Assembly (NCBI GenBank): GCA_963664405.1
Contig: OY761158.1
Location: forward strand, 6,112,001 to 6,176,000
Length of the DNA stretch: 64,000 nucleotides
Origin: Thermoanaerobaculia bacterium
GTDB lineage: Bacteria; Acidobacteriota; Thermoanaerobaculia; Multivoradales; Multivoraceae
Direction: 5' to 3'
Position 1 is the stretch's first letter; each line of letters begins with the position of its first letter. Below are positions 1-9,415 of this stretch, one piece after another. Both the position numbers and the translations under genes were made by a program. The notes under the pieces were generated by a model. That model ran no database searches. It was given only the letters and a program-made list of their open reading frames with translations, and was not told the origin of the DNA.

Positions 1-666
1 ATTCAGCGGCGCGTGCACGGAGACATAGTCGGATCGCTCCAACAGCTCACCGAGACCCACCGGCTCGACTCCGGCCTCGGTCATCTTGAGCTCGGAAACG
101 TAGGGGTCGTAGGCGATGATGTGAAAGCCGAAAGGCTTCGCTCTCTTCGCCACCGCGCGCGCGACGTTGCCGAAAGAGACGAGCCCGAGGGTGCGCCCCC
201 ACAATCGTGGTATGTCCACGAAAGCCGGGCGGCCGTTAGCCCACGCACCCTCTCTCACCATGCGATCCATGACGTTCAATCGGCGGGCGGAAGCGAGAAT
301 GAGCGCCATGGCATGATCGGCCACTTCCTCGATGAAGACGTCAGGCACGTTGGTGACGACGATGCCCGCCTTGGTCGCGGCGGGGACCTCGACCGTATCG
401 GTGCCGACGCTACCGCAGCCGATGACCACGCAGCCATCGAGATTCTCGATGATGCGAGCATCGATGAAGCGCCAACGCGCGATGACGGCATCTGCGTCCG
501 TGGCCTCGGCGATGAAGTCCTCGATGCTCTCCGCTTCGACCTGCACGATCTCGGCGCCGATGGGGTCCAGGGCCTCGCGCTCGAGTGCGTAGCTCTCGTC
601 TCCCATGTCGAAGCTCGGCCCTCGGGGCGCCTGTACCACAATCTTGTGCTTTCGCTCGGCGTTCAA
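1..666 (-). CDS. CtBP-like D-2-hydroxyacid dehydrogenase (3' end beyond window)
   Basis: Missing from the ORF track. Manual minus-strand translation from TTG (666, GAGGAG upstream): LNAERKHKIVVQAP...GCGSVGTDTV...GIVVTNVPDVFIEEVADHAM...SVHAPLN. Closely parallels the 20372-21433 protein. Confidence 0.85.
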   Translation of the reverse strand, partial: MNAERKHKIVVQAPRGPSFDMGDESYALEREALDPIGAEIVQVEAESIEDFIAEATDADAVIARWRFIDARIIENLDGCVVIGCGSVGTDTVEVPAATKAGIVVTNVPDVFIEEVADHAMALILASARRLNVMDRMVREGAWANGRPAFVDIPRLWGRTLGLVSFGNVARAVAKRAKPFGFHIIAYDPYVSELKMTEAGVEPVGLGELLERSDYVSVHAPLN

Positions 667-963
667 TTCTTCGCTCCTCTCCTCGTTGGCAACCCAGCCT
701 CTGCCGGGCTCCCCAGTATTCCACAGACGGCGGCTCTTGCCACGACTGTCTACGCGTGACGTCGGCGAGATCGCTCTCCGCCTCGTCGACCGGTGCGATA
801 TGATCGATGGCGCCGTAAGAAAAACGCTTGTATCTTGTTTCCGGCCCTCTTCGATTGCGAAGCGGATCTTCTGGAGTATGAGAATGTTGCCGCCAGCAAG
901 CCGGGAGAGGTCGCGCGGCTCGAGAAGCTTCTTGTAAGTGCCTGAAGGAGGGCTGGTTCCTTT

Positions 964-3519
964 ATGAGATCGAGAATCATTCTGCTCGTGTCGCTTCTCT
1001 TCTCGTCGCCGCTGCTCGGCTACGACTTGCCCGCCGAGCTGCGTCAGCGTGTCGATCGTTTGGTGGCGGGGGTCGAAGCCTCGCCGACCACTGCCAATAA
1101 CGCCGTCGAGCGCATGGGCGTGCTCTGGGAGTGGGCTAACGAGGTGTCGGTGCAGGGAGGCTTCGTGCCGCAGAACCTATCTCTCGCCGCACTGTCCATT
1201 CTGCAGGCTCCCGACTATCGCGACCCCGCCAACCCGAGCTTCGGAGCCGATCAGATCGCGGCGGTCGACAACTATACCCGTCATCTTGCCATTCTCGACG
1301 AGGAGCCGAACGCACTGGGAACGGTCTCGATCGAACCTGCTTCAGTCGAGGCGGACACTTTGCAGACGATCCGAGTCACTTGGCGGGTCGGTAGCGCCGG
1401 CGTGGCGGAGGGGGGCGCTCTGATGGTCGCCAGAGGGCGCGCTGGCGGCTACGGCCGCATCCAGACCGAGAATCCGGCGGGCGATAACTACGTCTCGGTG
1501 AGCAGTGGCAATGGGGCAGTGCGTTTCGAGCGCGACGGAGAGGCGCCGGCCTGGGGCCCTTCGATCATCGCGGCCGGGGAGACATTCCCTCTGTTTCGGG
1601 TCCGAGGTGGAGCGTTGAATGAGGGCGATGAGGTTACCGTCGTCTACGGCGACCGCTCGGGCGGAAGCAAGGGCTTCAAGATCGGCATCTTCTCGAACGA
1701 CGCCATAACTCTGCCACTGCAAGTCGATCCCGGCGACGGGAGCTTCTTCTCGGTACCGGTCGCGAGCTTCCGAGTCGTTGGCGGCGAAGCATTCGGAGTC
1801 CATGGTTTCGCACCTTCGATCGTCGCCACCCGCGAGCGCTTCACCATCTCGGTGCGCAGCGAGGACCGCTACTACAACCGAGCGACGGGGGCGATTCCCG
1901 CCTACGAGGTCTATGTCAACGGCGAGCGTGACGGCGAGCTGCCGGCCGGCCAAGCGCTGCACGATCTGCCGATGCGTTTCGCCAAACCCGGCGTCTACCG
2001 CATCTCTCTGCGTAGCTCGGACGGCGCGATCGCGGGAACCGCCAACCCGGTCTGGGTGCAGAAAGAGCCGACGACGCGCCTCTACTGGGGCGAGACCCAC
2101 GGCCACTGCGGTTTCGCCGAGGGGCAGGGGACACCCGAAGGCTACTTCGGCTTCGCCCGTGATGACGCCAAGCTCGATTTCGTCACCCTTACCGAGCACG
2201 ACATCTGGCTGACCGATGGCGAATGGAAGTACCTCAACGAGGTCGCTGCCGAGTTTCATCGCGAGGGAGAGCTGATCGTCTACCCCGGCTACGAGTGGTC
2301 GATGCGTCGGCAGTGGGGTGGGCATCACAACGTCTTTTTCCGCCGCCCGGGCTTCGAGCGCGTGTCGAGCCATGAAGCACCCGTCCTGACTATGTTGTAT
2401 CGGGGGCTACGCGAAAAGCACGATCCCGCCGATGTTCTGATCATCCCCCATGCCCACCAGAATGGCGACTGGCGCCTCAACGACTTCGAGATGGAGCGCC
2501 TGATCGAAGTGATGTCGGGACACGGCACTTTCGAGTGGTTCGGGCAGCGCTATCTGGAGAGCGGCTTCCGGGTCGGCTTCGTCGGCGCCTCCGACGACCA
2601 TCGCGGCCACCCGGGGTACTCGCCCGGGCATCCGTCGACCGAGGGCCGGCGCTCCGGCATCTTCCAGTTCGGCGGCCTGGCCGCGGTCTGGGCACGAAAC
2701 AAGAGCACCGACACTGTCTTCGACGCCCTGAAGGCGCGCAGCGCCTACGGCGTTACCGGCGCACAGCGCATCATTCTCGACGCTCGCCTCAATGGCAGTG
2801 GAATGGGGCGCGAGCTCGAGCCCTCGGAGACTCGGGAGATTGAGGGTCGGGTCATCGGTACCGGGCCGATTCGTGCCATCGAGCTGATCAAGAACAGCAA
2901 GGTGGCGGCGAGCTTCGATCCCGGTGGAGGAGAGGCGGCGAGTGGGGAAGTCGTGGTCGGCTTCGTCTCCGAGTCCTACATCTCGAGGCCGAACCGCGAC
3001 AATCCGCGCGGCCATCGCACCTGGCGGGGCTCTCTGGAGGTCGAGAATGGGGAGGTGGTGAGTGTGCGTTACCTCGGTACGCCGCACCTCGACGCCGACC
3101 GGCTCGAAATCCAAGATGGCAGAGTGCTCTTCGACGTTGCCACACGGGGATCGCGTCGCTCCATCGCCCTGACTCTCGAGGGCGCTTCGCCCTCGCCTCG
3201 TCTCAGCTTCGAGCTCGAGGAGGGCCGCGAGCGGGGGACAGCGCCCACCCAGATCCGGACTCCTCAGCAGTTTGCGGCAGCCCGCTTCACCCTGTCGGTA
3301 CCGACGGCCGGCGATGCGGCCAACGAGGAGGTGCTCCGGACCGGGCGCTATCGCGACCGGGTCACGGTCGAGCGGGCCGCGGGCCTGCGGGACGATGTTC
3401 AGTTTCACTTCTCGGATCGCGGCGAACCGGGAGACTGGTATTACGTGCGGGTCGAGCAGCTCGACGGCCATCTGGCCTGGTCGAGCCCGTGGTGGGTCGG
3501 CGGTGAGCCGCCTCGTTGA
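964..3519 (+). CDS. Secreted DUF3604/PHP-like metallohydrolase (long subtype)
   Basis: Signal peptide; YWGETHGH, LTEHD, GYEWS, GHHNV, IPHAH, ASDDHRGHPG motifs; C-terminal YYVRVEQ..AWSSP. Confidence 0.75.
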   Translation: MRSRIILLVSLLFSSPLLGYDLPAELRQRVDRLVAGVEASPTTANNAVERMGVLWEWANEVSVQGGFVPQNLSLAALSILQAPDYRDPANPSFGADQIAAVDNYTRHLAILDEEPNALGTVSIEPASVEADTLQTIRVTWRVGSAGVAEGGALMVARGRAGGYGRIQTENPAGDNYVSVSSGNGAVRFERDGEAPAWGPSIIAAGETFPLFRVRGGALNEGDEVTVVYGDRSGGSKGFKIGIFSNDAITLPLQVDPGDGSFFSVPVASFRVVGGEAFGVHGFAPSIVATRERFTISVRSEDRYYNRATGAIPAYEVYVNGERDGELPAGQALHDLPMRFAKPGVYRISLRSSDGAIAGTANPVWVQKEPTTRLYWGETHGHCGFAEGQGTPEGYFGFARDDAKLDFVTLTEHDIWLTDGEWKYLNEVAAEFHREGELIVYPGYEWSMRRQWGGHHNVFFRRPGFERVSSHEAPVLTMLYRGLREKHDPADVLIIPHAHQNGDWRLNDFEMERLIEVMSGHGTFEWFGQRYLESGFRVGFVGASDDHRGHPGYSPGHPSTEGRRSGIFQFGGLAAVWARNKSTDTVFDALKARSAYGVTGAQRIILDARLNGSGMGRELEPSETREIEGRVIGTGPIRAIELIKNSKVAASFDPGGGEAASGEVVVGFVSESYISRPNRDNPRGHRTWRGSLEVENGEVVSVRYLGTPHLDADRLEIQDGRVLFDVATRGSRRSIALTLEGASPSPRLSFELEEGRERGTAPTQIRTPQQFAAARFTLSVPTAGDAANEEVLRTGRYRDRVTVERAAGLRDDVQFHFSDRGEPGDWYYVRVEQLDGHLAWSSPWWVGGEPPR

Positions 3520-3578
3520 CGCTCGCAAGATCAGTCAATCGATGAGGGCCGAAGTAATCTAATTATGAGGAGCTAGGA

Positions 3579-5069
3579 ATGCAGGACTTTTGTTTTCGGT
3601 CATCGGTCTTCACGGCGGCGTTGCTGGTTCTCCTTCTCGGCTGCGGTGCGCCCGAGCCCGAGGCGCCGACGAGCGTGGAGCCCTCGCAGAAGAATGTACT
3701 TTTCATCGTGCTCGACGACTTCAACGTCGCCCTCGGCACCTACGCCCATTCGACGGCGAAAACCCCGAATATGGACCGCCTCGCCGCTCAAGGCGTGCGC
3801 TTCGATCGCGCCTACTCTCAGGATCCTGTTTGTAATCCGTCCCGGAGCTCGTTTCTGAGTGGCCGCCGCCCCGCCACCACCCAGGTCTACGGCAACTTCA
3901 CCGGGCCGCGCCACGTGATGGGAGACGTGGTGATGCTGCCCGAGCACTTTGCCGCTCAGGGCTATTTCACCGCCCGCGTTGGCAAGATCGCTCACGGCCG
4001 CTACGAAGGCCAGGTGAGCTGGGATATCTCCGAGAACGCGATCAGGCGCGAGCACTATCTGCCGGGGGTCGACCATGCGACCGTCCACGACAACACCTGG
4101 CCCGAGGACGCTCCCAGGGGCCTGTCGCGCGAGGACGCATTCGCGGGAACCGGCCGTAGCGGTGGGCTGCCGCTGACCTGGCGAGCCACCGACGAGCTCG
4201 AAGAAGAAACCCCCGACGGCAAGACCGCGCGCCGCATCGTCGAGCTCTTACGCGAGCACAAAGACGAGCCGTTCTTTATCGCCGCCGGCTTTCACAAACC
4301 CCATCAGCCCTGGGTGGCCCCGGCCAGCTTTTTCGAGCAGCATCCGGTGGAAGAGATCGTGTGGCCCCATACACCGGAAGACGACCTCGACGACATCCCG
4401 GCTCCAGCGCTAGGCAACTATCCTGACGACAAGGAGCACAGCAGGCTGCAGGAGCGTCAGGCGATCGCGGCCTACCACGCGACAGTGACGCTAGTCGACA
4501 ATCAGGTCGGCCTACTGCTTGACACTCTGCAAGAGCTCGGTCTGGAGGAATCGACCATCGTCATGCTAGTCAGCGATCACGGCTTCCATCTCGGCGAGCA
4601 CGGAGGCCTGTGGCGCAAACACACCCAGTTCGAAGAATCGACACGGGTACCCCTGATCGTCCGGTCGCCGGGCCACGCGTCCGGCGCCACGACTCAGGGC
4701 CTGGTCGAGCTGGTCGATCTCTACCCGACCCTGGCCGACCTCTGCGACCTCCCTCTCCCCGCCGGCCTCGAAGGCAAGAGCTTTCGGCCGCTGCTCGAAG
4801 ATCCCAGCCGCAGCTGGAAGACCGCGGTCTTCTCCGGCGCGCAGCGACATGGCTTTCACGGCCGGACCGTGCGTACCACTCGCCACCGCTACACCGAATG
4901 GACTCCGCTCGAAGGCGATGGAGAGGTGCTACTGGAGCTCTACGACCTCGAGGTCGACCCGCACGAGTTCAAGAACCTCGCCTCTTTGGCTGAGCACCTA
5001 GAGCTGAGAGACGATCTCGCGCGTCAGCTCGCGGCCGATTGGCAGGCGGTGGCGCCGACGGCGCGTTGA
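3579..5069 (+). CDS. Sulfatase, iduronate-2-sulfatase-like, lipoprotein
   Basis: CNPSR formylglycine motif, VLDD, GKIAH, FHKPH, SDHG; lipobox LLGC. Confidence 0.9.
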   Translation: MQDFCFRSSVFTAALLVLLLGCGAPEPEAPTSVEPSQKNVLFIVLDDFNVALGTYAHSTAKTPNMDRLAAQGVRFDRAYSQDPVCNPSRSSFLSGRRPATTQVYGNFTGPRHVMGDVVMLPEHFAAQGYFTARVGKIAHGRYEGQVSWDISENAIRREHYLPGVDHATVHDNTWPEDAPRGLSREDAFAGTGRSGGLPLTWRATDELEEETPDGKTARRIVELLREHKDEPFFIAAGFHKPHQPWVAPASFFEQHPVEEIVWPHTPEDDLDDIPAPALGNYPDDKEHSRLQERQAIAAYHATVTLVDNQVGLLLDTLQELGLEESTIVMLVSDHGFHLGEHGGLWRKHTQFEESTRVPLIVRSPGHASGATTQGLVELVDLYPTLADLCDLPLPAGLEGKSFRPLLEDPSRSWKTAVFSGAQRHGFHGRTVRTTRHRYTEWTPLEGDGEVLLELYDLEVDPHEFKNLASLAEHLELRDDLARQLAADWQAVAPTAR

Positions 5070-5091
5070 CGCGCTGACGGGGCGCGATATT

Positions 5092-6159
5092 GTGCCGTCC
5101 ATGCGACGAGCGATCTCGACTCTAGTGATCGCCGCGCTCTTCGTGAGCGCCGGACCGGGCGCAGCCACGACGGGTGAGTGCACTCCTGACACACTCGATG
5201 CCTGCGGCTACGGCCCCTCCCTGGAGCAGGGCTTCACGACCGCGCCCGAGCGCACCGTAGAGCTCGATTACACCGACGTCACGGGGGCGAAGCGACGCTT
5301 CTCGATCGCGCTGCGGCGCCCGCTCGACGCGCCGGAGCCGCTGCCGATCGTAGTCTGGTCCCACGGCGGCGCGCTAGGTCAGAACGATCCCGCGAAGGTG
5401 GGCACCGGCTGGGGCCGCGTCTTCACCGGCGCCGGATACCTGTTCGTCGCCATCGCCCATCATCAACGTGGCGGCGTCGGGCAGCGCCTGCCGATCTGCG
5501 AGGCCCTGGGCTACGACGAGAAGGCCTGCGAGAGGTTCAAGTTCCTGAACTGGGACCGTCCGCACGACGTGGCGAGGGTTCTCGACTGGATCGACCAGCA
5601 GGCGGCGGGCCCGCTGCTGGGGCGTATCGACCCGCGTCGGCTGGCCTATGCCGGGCACTCGGCCGGAGCCGGTGCGGCGCTCGCGGTGGCGGGTGCGGGG
5701 CGCGACTTCGCCGGCAACGTGCGCACGCTCTCCGATCCGCGGCCGCTGGCCTTCATCGGCGACTCGCCACAGGGCGTCGGTTACGACGGTTTCGAGGCGA
5801 CATCCTTCGAAGCGATCTCTCGGCCGTTCCTAACCCTGAGCGGTGTCGGCGACGCCACAAACTCTCATCCCGCCCAGGAGCGGCGCGACGCCTTCGAGCG
5901 CATGATGCCGGGCAACGCCTTCCTCGGCTGGATCACCGACCCGGCCACACGCCATGGCACCTTCAATCTGGAAGCGCGTGCCTGCATGCGTGGCGGCGCC
6001 GAAGAGACCCGGTGTGCAAAGCACCTCGAGTGGCTCGCTGCGGCTGCGCTCGCCTTCGTCGACAGCTACTTGCGAGGCGACGCCGACGCTCGCGCCTATC
6101 TCGAATCCGACCGGTTGGGCGTTCTCAGCGGCGGCGCGTTCGAGCTGTCGCGTCGCTAG
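5092..6159 (+). CDS. Secreted alpha/beta hydrolase
   Basis: Signal peptide, SHGG oxyanion region, GHSAG nucleophile elbow. Confidence 0.75.
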   Translation: MPSMRRAISTLVIAALFVSAGPGAATTGECTPDTLDACGYGPSLEQGFTTAPERTVELDYTDVTGAKRRFSIALRRPLDAPEPLPIVVWSHGGALGQNDPAKVGTGWGRVFTGAGYLFVAIAHHQRGGVGQRLPICEALGYDEKACERFKFLNWDRPHDVARVLDWIDQQAAGPLLGRIDPRRLAYAGHSAGAGAALAVAGAGRDFAGNVRTLSDPRPLAFIGDSPQGVGYDGFEATSFEAISRPFLTLSGVGDATNSHPAQERRDAFERMMPGNAFLGWITDPATRHGTFNLEARACMRGGAEETRCAKHLEWLAAAALAFVDSYLRGDADARAYLESDRLGVLSGGAFELSRR

Positions 6160-6234
6160 CGGAGGTACCGGGCCTGTCGTGGAAGAATCTGGAACCGATG
6201 CTCCCGCGTCACTGCGCTGACGCATAGAGGAATC

Positions 6235-7983
6235 ATGGTGATGAGACGGGTTCGAGTCAGCGTGCTCTGGATCGTGCTCTGGTCGTTAGCCAGTGTAGCC
6301 TCGGCCCAGGATCGTGTGGTCGTCCGGGGAGGAACCCTGCTGGATGTGCGAGACGGTAGTCTGAGAGCAGACGCGGTCATCGTGGTCGAGGGAGATCGAG
6401 TGGTGTCGGTCACCACCGGCGGGTCCGCACCCGCGGGAGGCACGATCCTGGATGCCACCGGGAAGTTCATCCTCCCCGGCTTCGTCGATGTCCACGTTCA
6501 CTACCCCGGTTGGGCGGCTGAGCTCTTTTTGAACCACGGAATCACCACGGTGGTGGACCTGGGCAACTCATATGAGTGGATCAAGGCGCAGAGGGAGGGG
6601 ATCGAGCGGGGAGCCATTCCGGGGCCTCGGCTCTTTCACGGCGGCAAGATCCTCGACGCCCCCCGTCAACTGTCGGTGGACCCGAACGGCATCTCCCAGA
6701 AGACCTACCAGCCGGTCGCGAGCGCCGAAGAAGCCCGCCGTGCGATGCGGAAGTACGTCGGCAATGTGCAGGTAATGAAAGTGTATGGCGACCGCCTAGC
6801 TCCGGCCGCCTTGCGTGCGGCGGTGGAAGAGGCCGACAAAGTCAACATACCGGTGATCGGCCATTTCACGGACGTCCGCGACGCTATCGAGGCCGGAGCT
6901 CACGGAGTCGAGCACACCGCGTCGGTGGCCGGGGCCATCGTCGACCCCGAGGCTCTGGCAGAGGCGCAGCCGAAGCTACGACAGGGCTTCAGGTACCGAC
7001 CCGAGGCCGTCATCGACGAGACGAAAGTTCCCGAGATCGTTCGCTCGATGGTGGAGGCTGGTCTCTATCTGAATCCGACCCTGAGGCAGACCTGGAGGGG
7101 AGACCGCACCCATCGAGAGCTCGGGTTTCCGTACCAGGATTTCGATTTGCTGATCAACAATTGGAGGCTGCGCTACGTCCCCGCGGACTACCCCGCCCTG
7201 GTGCTGAGGGGTTACCAGCAGATCGGGCCATGGAACTGGGCTGATCTCTCCCAGTACGAGCAGGACTTCCACCATAGGAGCTTCCAGAATTCTTCGCTCA
7301 TCGCCAAGGTGTTCGTGGATGCCGGAGGCAAGCTCTATGCGGGAACCGACGCGGGGGCAAACGTCACGCCGGGCCTGGCAATGCATCAGGAGCTCCAGCT
7401 GATTGTCAGAGCCGGCATCGGTGAGTTGCAGGCACTGCAGGCAGCTACCCTAAACCCGGCCGAGTTGATGCGAATGGCGGGTCGCCTCGGTACGGTCGAA
7501 GAAGGAAGTGTCGGCGACCTTCTCATCTTGGAGGAAAACCCCCTGCAGGACATCCGCAACACGCGAAAGATCTGGAAGGTGATGAGCCGAGGGCAGATCC
7601 TGAGTGGGGAATACGATCCTGACTTTCGAAATCCCATTCCCAGGGATCTCTTGGTGGATTACTTCCCATCCCCCGCGATTCAGGATGTTTCTCCTGAGGC
7701 TCTACTGGAGGGGGCCGGCGAGGTGACTCTGACGCTGAGAGGCACCGGCTTCACTCCCTACTCCACCGTCCACTTCGGTGGAGTCGAGCTCGAGACCGAA
7801 TGGATCGGTCCGTCCCGGATGACTGCCGAGCTCGTGGCCGAGTTGCTGCGACCGGGAACCTTCGCCGTGAGGGCGGAGAATCCGGGCTTTGGCGGGAGGC
7901 CTACTCTTGTCTCCAACGAGTTTCTTGTCCCGGTGATCCCGACGGCACTCGCTCCCACGGAGTTCCCGTCTCCGAAAGTATGA
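6235..7983 (+). CDS. Secreted amidohydrolase with C-terminal IPT/TIG-like domain
   Basis: PGFVDVHVH, VEH, AGTD, ATLNPA motifs; C-terminal P.I..VSP...VTLTLRGTGF Ig-like segment. Confidence 0.8.
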   Translation: MVMRRVRVSVLWIVLWSLASVASAQDRVVVRGGTLLDVRDGSLRADAVIVVEGDRVVSVTTGGSAPAGGTILDATGKFILPGFVDVHVHYPGWAAELFLNHGITTVVDLGNSYEWIKAQREGIERGAIPGPRLFHGGKILDAPRQLSVDPNGISQKTYQPVASAEEARRAMRKYVGNVQVMKVYGDRLAPAALRAAVEEADKVNIPVIGHFTDVRDAIEAGAHGVEHTASVAGAIVDPEALAEAQPKLRQGFRYRPEAVIDETKVPEIVRSMVEAGLYLNPTLRQTWRGDRTHRELGFPYQDFDLLINNWRLRYVPADYPALVLRGYQQIGPWNWADLSQYEQDFHHRSFQNSSLIAKVFVDAGGKLYAGTDAGANVTPGLAMHQELQLIVRAGIGELQALQAATLNPAELMRMAGRLGTVEEGSVGDLLILEENPLQDIRNTRKIWKVMSRGQILSGEYDPDFRNPIPRDLLVDYFPSPAIQDVSPEALLEGAGEVTLTLRGTGFTPYSTVHFGGVELETEWIGPSRMTAELVAELLRPGTFAVRAENPGFGGRPTLVSNEFLVPVIPTALAPTEFPSPKV

Positions 7984-7990
7984 GACAGTT

Positions 7991-8887
7991 GTGAGGGCTG
8001 GTCATCAGGTGGTTATGACTCTTCAGCGGACGTTGCTGGTCACCCTCCTTTCGCTGGCCGGCTCTGCATCTGTCTGGGCTGAGTGCGGCGAGGCCGGCGT
8101 CGCGGTCCAGATACTAGGGTCGGGCGGCCCGACCGGGTCGAGTCGCGCGTCGGCCGGATACATTGTCTGGATCGACGGAGTCAGCCGCATTATGGTGGAC
8201 GCCGGCGGCGGCACCTTCGCGCATTTTCATGAGTCGGGTGCGAAGGTCGATGACCTGCAACTGCTCGCGCTGAGCCATTTTCATCCCGATCACTCTGCTG
8301 AAGTGCCGGCGATTTTGTGGCCGCGAGGTGGCAACCTGCGCGTCTCAGGCCCGTCTGGGAGCGCGGGATTCCCCTCGCTAGGCGAATTCCTCGACGGCTT
8401 GTTTGGCGCGAATGGCGTATTCCGAGTGTTGAATAGCCGTGCGAGCTTCGACCCGGTAACGGTAGACGCGGCAGTGCGAGCTCCGGTGGAAGTGCTTGCC
8501 GACGAAGAAGTGCGGGTCTCGGCTATCGGCGTGCCGCACGGTTCGGTTCCTGCACTGGCATATCGAGTCGAGGTCGGTGGCTCGAGTGTCGTCTTCAGCA
8601 GTGACCAGAATGGCTCGGATCCGGCGTTTGTGAAGTTCAGTCGCGGCGCGGACGTCTTGATCGTTCATTTCGCCGGTTCGGAAGAAGGCGGCCGAGCGCA
8701 GAGCCGGAATCTGCACGCCAAACCGAGCGTTTGGGGACAGATTGCGACCGATGCCGAGGTCGGCACTCTAGTTCTCAGCCACATCTCTTCGAATCAGGAT
8801 TTCGATGCGAACCTGGCGCATCTGAAGTCACGCTATAGCGGACCACTCGTGGTGGCTGAAGATCTGATCTGCGTAGCTGTCGACTAG
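7991..8887 (+). CDS. MBL-fold metallohydrolase (RNase Z/arylsulfatase-like), secreted
   Basis: LGSGGP, MVDAGGG, SHFHPDH, VPHG, LSH motifs. Start may be the ATG at 8015. Confidence 0.8.
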   Translation: MRAGHQVVMTLQRTLLVTLLSLAGSASVWAECGEAGVAVQILGSGGPTGSSRASAGYIVWIDGVSRIMVDAGGGTFAHFHESGAKVDDLQLLALSHFHPDHSAEVPAILWPRGGNLRVSGPSGSAGFPSLGEFLDGLFGANGVFRVLNSRASFDPVTVDAAVRAPVEVLADEEVRVSAIGVPHGSVPALAYRVEVGGSSVVFSSDQNGSDPAFVKFSRGADVLIVHFAGSEEGGRAQSRNLHAKPSVWGQIATDAEVGTLVLSHISSNQDFDANLAHLKSRYSGPLVVAEDLICVAVD

Positions 8888-9041
8888 GGCTGGCCGCCCA
8901 GGGCACCCCACCTCACCGCGTGCTCGTCACTCCGCTCCTCGCCGTACGCAGAGTACGGCTGCGTCGCCTCGTTCCTGCGCTGCGGCGATCTGGGGCACCC
9001 TGAACGCCCAGCACGGGTTGATGCGAGAAACGCTGGTCTAG
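8884..9041 (-). repeat. CTAG-bounded hairpin element, copy 1 (degenerate left arm)
   Basis: Minus-strand core GACGCAG-CCGTAC-tctgc-GTACGG-CGAGGA; inner inverted repeat with G.T pairs on the minus strand; right end GAAACGCTGGTCTAG identical to the end of the 19945-20110 copy. Confidence 0.7.
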
Positions 9042-9193
9042 TACATGCGTTGCCTTGGTTTGAAACTAGAGGTTTGACCCGTACTCTCGAATTTACATTT
9101 CTGACGTGAGCTTTTCACCCTCTTGACGACTTCGAAGTCGGGGCTCCATACACTTCGAAAGCGCAGTGTTTTACACCTGAAAAGGAGAACAAT

Positions 9194-9415
9194 ATGTCTG
9201 GAGAAACTCGGAACCATCTGGAGCATGTGCTCGAGAACGTCAAGACCAGCCGTCGTGAGGCTCTAAAGCGCCTGCTCGTCGGTGGTGGTGTCTTGGCGGT
9301 TCTACCCCCCGTATCGGTCGCGCTGGCCCAGGGCGGAGGCCGGGGCAAGGGCGAGGGCGGAGGCCGGGGCCGGGGCAAGGGCGAGGGACCAGGCACAGAA
9401 ACAGGAACAGAGTGA
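9194..9415 (+). CDS. Putative RiPP precursor / twin-arginine peptide with Gly-Arg-Lys repeat core
   Basis: Strong RBS AAAGGAG; SRREALK, hydrophobic stretch, ALA-Q; core GGGRGKGE-GGGRGRGKGE; stop overlaps next start (GTGA). Confidence 0.75.
   Translation: MSGETRNHLEHVLENVKTSRREALKRLLVGGGVLAVLPPVSVALAQGGGRGKGEGGGRGRGKGEGPGTETGTE

Noticed and set aside
13-759. 248-aa plus-strand ORF
   Set aside because: Antisense shadow of the minus-strand dehydrogenase.
9060-9160. Specific sigma70 promoter for the peptide gene
   Set aside because: Several TTGA hexamers are present but none has a convincing -10 at 17 bp; cannot choose one.
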